Of a stretch of DNA of 64,000 bases, positions 59,701 to 64,000 are shown piece by piece. Numbering within the stretch: the first letter of the stretch is position 1; every line of letters begins with the position of its first letter. The notes below the pieces were generated by a model. It saw only the letters and a list, made by a program, of their open reading frames with translations, was not told the DNA's origin and did not search any database. This DNA comes from Podarcis melisellensis. Its lineage: Eukaryota. The stretch is taken from NCBI GenBank assembly GCA_964234715.1, contig OZ174283.1. One strand, written 5' to 3'. The position numbers were made by a program, and so were the translations under genes.

Positions 59701-62700
59701 TGATTCACTGCTTTCTTGACCAATGTGAGTTTGCCACGAGCAATGTGAGTTTGGGGGTCACCATCAACATCGGGATACTATGGAATGAGCCACTTTGAGT
59801 TCACAAATGCAAGATCTATGCACCATCGAAACTAGGGTCTTCTATGGGGAAACCAGTATTTAACATGTGAAATCACTCTGTTAGTTGGGGCTACCTAAAA
59901 AGCTTAATTATAACTCGGGCTTCAATGCTTTGTGGGCCATCGAGGCAAATATTTCTGAGTCTACTGAGATTTAAACCTGTATCGTTCCATTACAGTATAC
60001 AGGCCTAATGTCAGAGCCAGTATTAGGCTTGCCAGAATATTGTCTGCCAGGACTAGAAACAGGAAAGTCGAGATTTCTATGCAGCAGTCCCATGTGACGA
60101 GCATTAAGTATTGCACATTTTAACATCTTCCCAGCAGTAAATATGGCCCATAGCACTCTCAGGCTCTGCAATGGTCCCATCTAACTAAGCTAGCCAATGA
60201 ACCCACCTCTTGCTTGCTGAAATAGTGTGTGTGTGTGTGTGTGTGTGTGTAGGACCCTGGTTCTTCTGTGGCTGGAATGTGAGTTTGTACAAAGGTAAAG
60301 AGTCACACCCATTACCCTTCCCACTTTTGCCTCTGGCTGCACCTACCAGAAGTATGCAGACCCCAGAAGGTTGCACCTAAGGGACTATGACCCTCAAGAT
60401 GAAAAAAGGTTCCTCATAACTTCCTGAATTATGTGTCTGCAGTTAGGCATAGTTGCAATGAGTAGAGAATATCAGATTGTGGGAGGCCTCTTTGGGGTGG
60501 GGGGCTGATGAATAGATAGCCACGTTATCAGAGCAGAGCTCCTAGCTCAGGCCCCTTGATTTATTATTTTGACAGTGCTTGTTGTTTTGTAACTGCCAAC
60601 TCCAGCATGTGTTCATTACTCCTTCTCCTTTCCTGGCACTGAAAGGCATTTTTGTTTTGCTGGAGTGAGCACTTATTAACCAGAAGCATTTGTGCTAATA
60701 GAGGGCTGGATTAGTCTGAAGAATGCTTTGCCACAAGATATTATGGAAAGAAAGGCTTTGAACAGAGGAAAAATACCTGCCAGCTATGTTGCTTCTTGGA
60801 CTGACACTTGCTCCAACTGAATTGTTCAGAATTTTTTGAGATTTAGAGATGAGTGAGTAAAAATGTTTCAGTGGCCCTGATTTATTTGCTGGCTCTTTAA
60901 AAAACAAAAAAAGCAAAAAACAAATCATGTGCGAGATGATATGTGGATACTGCCATTATATAGCTTAGTCAATAGATGGCAGTGGACTTACTTATATTTG
61001 AGCAGAGTCTGGAGTCCATTCTGGTTTTAAGAGAGACAATAGCATCCTTGTCTATGTTCCTGATTTGGTATGTCCTCTTAGTCTTTCACAAATGGCAGCA
61101 CTGTTAGCAAAATTTATCCAGTTGCATTAGACAGAACTATGAATTAAACATCCAGTCCAATATTTATTTTTCTACTGTAGAACTACAAAGCTTTCTGAGT
61201 AATGGGATTTTTATTTTTATTTTTAATAATACAATAAAATAGTGGCTACAGAAAATACAAATAAGTAGAAAATGGAGTCCTCTCTTAAAAGTAATTCTTA
61301 GTCCTCGACAGCCACAGACGATAGCACCCAGCTTTCACCTGGCATCTTTCCTTTCCCCTTCCAGCCTCTCACCCTGGGAGACCAACATTTCCCTGTCTTT
61401 CAACGACGGTCTTCTATCTATCATATACCACCCCCATGAGTATACAATCTCTGGACATTAACAAACGTCCCAGACATAGGACTCCAAAGGAAAAAGAAAC
61501 AGAGAACTACAAAACTCTCCGGCAGATTTGGGTGTCAGAAGGCTCTGTCCCCAGGGTCTCTTCAACAGCAAGGGTCTACTTGGGAACAGGGGTGGGAAAG
61601 TAGATCCAACCAATAGGCTGGATCCAAAACTCCACAGCACCAAGTGGTCCCCCACATGTCGATCATCTGGCATCAGATATTCTTGCAAAAGGATGTCTTC
61701 CTGATCTGGGGAAAGTAATCAGTCTGAGGGGTCAGGTGCCTACTTGATATCATAGGATAGGTGATTTCACAGGTGGAGCACCACAACCTAAATGATTCTC
61801 CCATTGTTCACTGCATGGTGCACATGAACCCCCAAAGTATGTAGTTATTTCAAGAATTCATTCTGATCTGTATCATAAAACTAGCTCTCCAAGCCTTCTG
61901 ATAGAGAGTCATGTTCCTGGACATGACAATTGCACATTGATTTGGTGTGATAAATTTCAAAGGGACTTAAGGTGGATTGAAAATTAGCAGGTTTGAGCTT
62001 TGCCTTCCCCATCACTACCAACACCATCAAAACACATGCTACCACATTCTAATCCCTTCCGTCTCCCTATCAATCATTTACAATAGAAAATGCTTAAAAG
62101 GTGCATTCAAAAACACATGAAGTCACGTTTCTGGAGCAGGGTTCATGGAAACTGGTCCAAAATATCTCCAGTAATAAATGAGAATTAATTAAAGAGCACG
62201 CTCCATCCTCAAGGACATTAGAATAAATTTGTTGGATTCAAACATTGTCATATCAAACATTTATGGAACACTCTCCTCCAACAGGGACACTTGGCTTCCC
62301 CTTTGTTCTCTTTTAGGTGGGGCCTGAAGACTTTTCATCATTGGTATTATTTTGGTCTGCTTTTAATTAATTGTTCCTTTACTGTGTGTTGTTTTACATT
62401 TTTTAATCAAATTTCTGGCTTAAGACAAATGGTTGACCTTCTCTTTATATCCTAGCATTGTGAATTTTGATAGTTGTTTTAAAATTCTCTAGGTTTATAT
62501 ACGACTAAACAACAACAAGGTTAAATGTGTGTACCTCTCTGGAGAAATACTTGTATTTTGAAAAGTGAATAAGAACTTAGAAGTGTCTCCCAATAGATAA
62601 AATAAATTTGGGAACCTAATTTATTTCTAACTTCAGTCTCTTTGTCCAGATCCATGGGGATGTGCACTACTAAGGATAGATGATCGCCCAAGCAAGGGGA

Positions 62701-63807
62701 GGCAAGTAGTTTGCACCAGACAGAGAGGGAGGAAGCTCAAGGTAAGATCAGCACCTTGGAGAGGGACCAAGGTGTGATTTTCAGGACCATAGTTAGTCAT
62801 CCTGCAGCTGAGGCAAGGCATGAAAGTTGTCTCAGCAGTGTCCTGGAGAATGCAGCAGATCTTTATAGCTGAGGGTGGATATTCATTGACTAGACTGAGG
62901 CCCCGCTCACTGAATGCTTGTATCAAAAACCTCACTTTTGTCTCACCCAACTGAATGCAGAGTCCCACACATCTTTAAAAATATCAATTCATATACAAAA
63001 CTAGATTTTAGACAGAAGATGCTAGCCTAGCTTCCTCCATAATATGTGAGTTTCTATGTTGCCAGAATATCTATATTTCCCCCCCATAGTGAAGCATTCC
63101 ATCATGTGTAGCCCTACCTTCTGTCTAAAATGGTACAGCCCACACATTGGTATCTCGACTAGACCTTAGGCCAACATCTGGAAGCCAATGCTGGTTTCTA
63201 GTGCAATAGGCAGTCAGTTTATAAATCTAGTTGTTGTGCTGAGTTTTCAACTGTGCTCACTATTCCATCCTATTTCTTGAGCAATAACAATGGGGAAAGA
63301 GGAGGGGGCGGATATTTCACTTTCCCAAAAGGATATGCTTCAGAAGAACTTGGTTTTGCAATGTCTGTTTATCATCTACAGTTTCCAGTTAGTTAGGACT
63401 AAGTCACATGCCCACACTGACTGCATCTTGTTTGTGCCATTGGATTCTGCATTCATTTGTGATCTGCAACGAGCCAAGATGCCCTGCTACAGCTATCTCC
63501 TGCAGTGTTTGACCTCTGGACCTTCCTATGTGAAATGGCCTTTTTTCTTTTTCTCTCTCTCTTTCTGTACTCAGGGACCACTTCATGCATCATGAACTCT
63601 GACCTATGGCAGTTTATCCACAGTAAATGGATTAGTCATCAAGGTGTCACAGGATTCTGAATTGTTTTTGCTAAAATAGGCAAACACAGCTATCTTTTTG
63701 CAATTTTAAAAAAGATGCGTGGAGAATGTTCTGCATGTGCATTTTTAAGCAATACTCCTGTGTCTATCCAATATTCAAATACTGCTACATTCACACACCC
63801 CTGTTCA

Positions 63808-64000
63808 GAAGAAGGAGGAGGAGGAGGAGGAGGAGGAGGAGGAGGAGGAGGAGGAGGAGTTTGAATTTGATATCCCGCTTTATCACTACCCTAAGGAATC
63901 TTAAAGTGGCTAACAATCTCCTTCCCTTCCTCCCCCACAACAAACACTCTGTGAGGTGAGTGAGGCTGAGACACTTCAGAGAAGTATGACTAGCCCAAGG
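63808..64000 (-). mobile_element. Same SINE family as 39463-39704, cut by the window end; tail expanded into (CCT)n
   Basis: Sequence identity to 39463-39620. Confidence 0.8.

Overview
Vertebrate genomic DNA, almost certainly a squamate reptile (probably a lacertid lizard, judged from Sauria SINEs, Bov-B/RTE, young L2 and Penelope-like repeats). The only protein-coding gene I can support is SLC39A8 (ZIP8, LIV-1 subfamily Zn/Mn/Fe transporter) on the minus strand. It has 8 coding exons from ATG 54609 to TAA 26043 (1437 nt, 478 aa), all introns are GT-AG with consistent phases, and there is a CpG island at the 5' end plus several NF-kB-like sites upstream. The rest is transposon-rich intronic and intergenic DNA with two assembly gaps. 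Most interesting observations: (1) two diverged solo-LTR-like elements (TG...CA, 5-bp TSDs) keep a ~100-codon reading frame whose basic C-terminus shows strong synonymous bias; (2) a Penelope-like insertion in intron 7 carries three intact minimal hammerhead-ribozyme cores and a ~90-bp hairpin; (3) an intragenic solo LTR has duplicated octamer/CCAAT units and a TATA box in the gene's sense orientation; (4) a composite MITE carrying a captured L2 tail occurs twice; (5) exons 2-5 have a circRNA-type architecture; (6) a marginal inverted ZIP8-like ORF lies upstream. Repeat family names come from recognition, not database searches.
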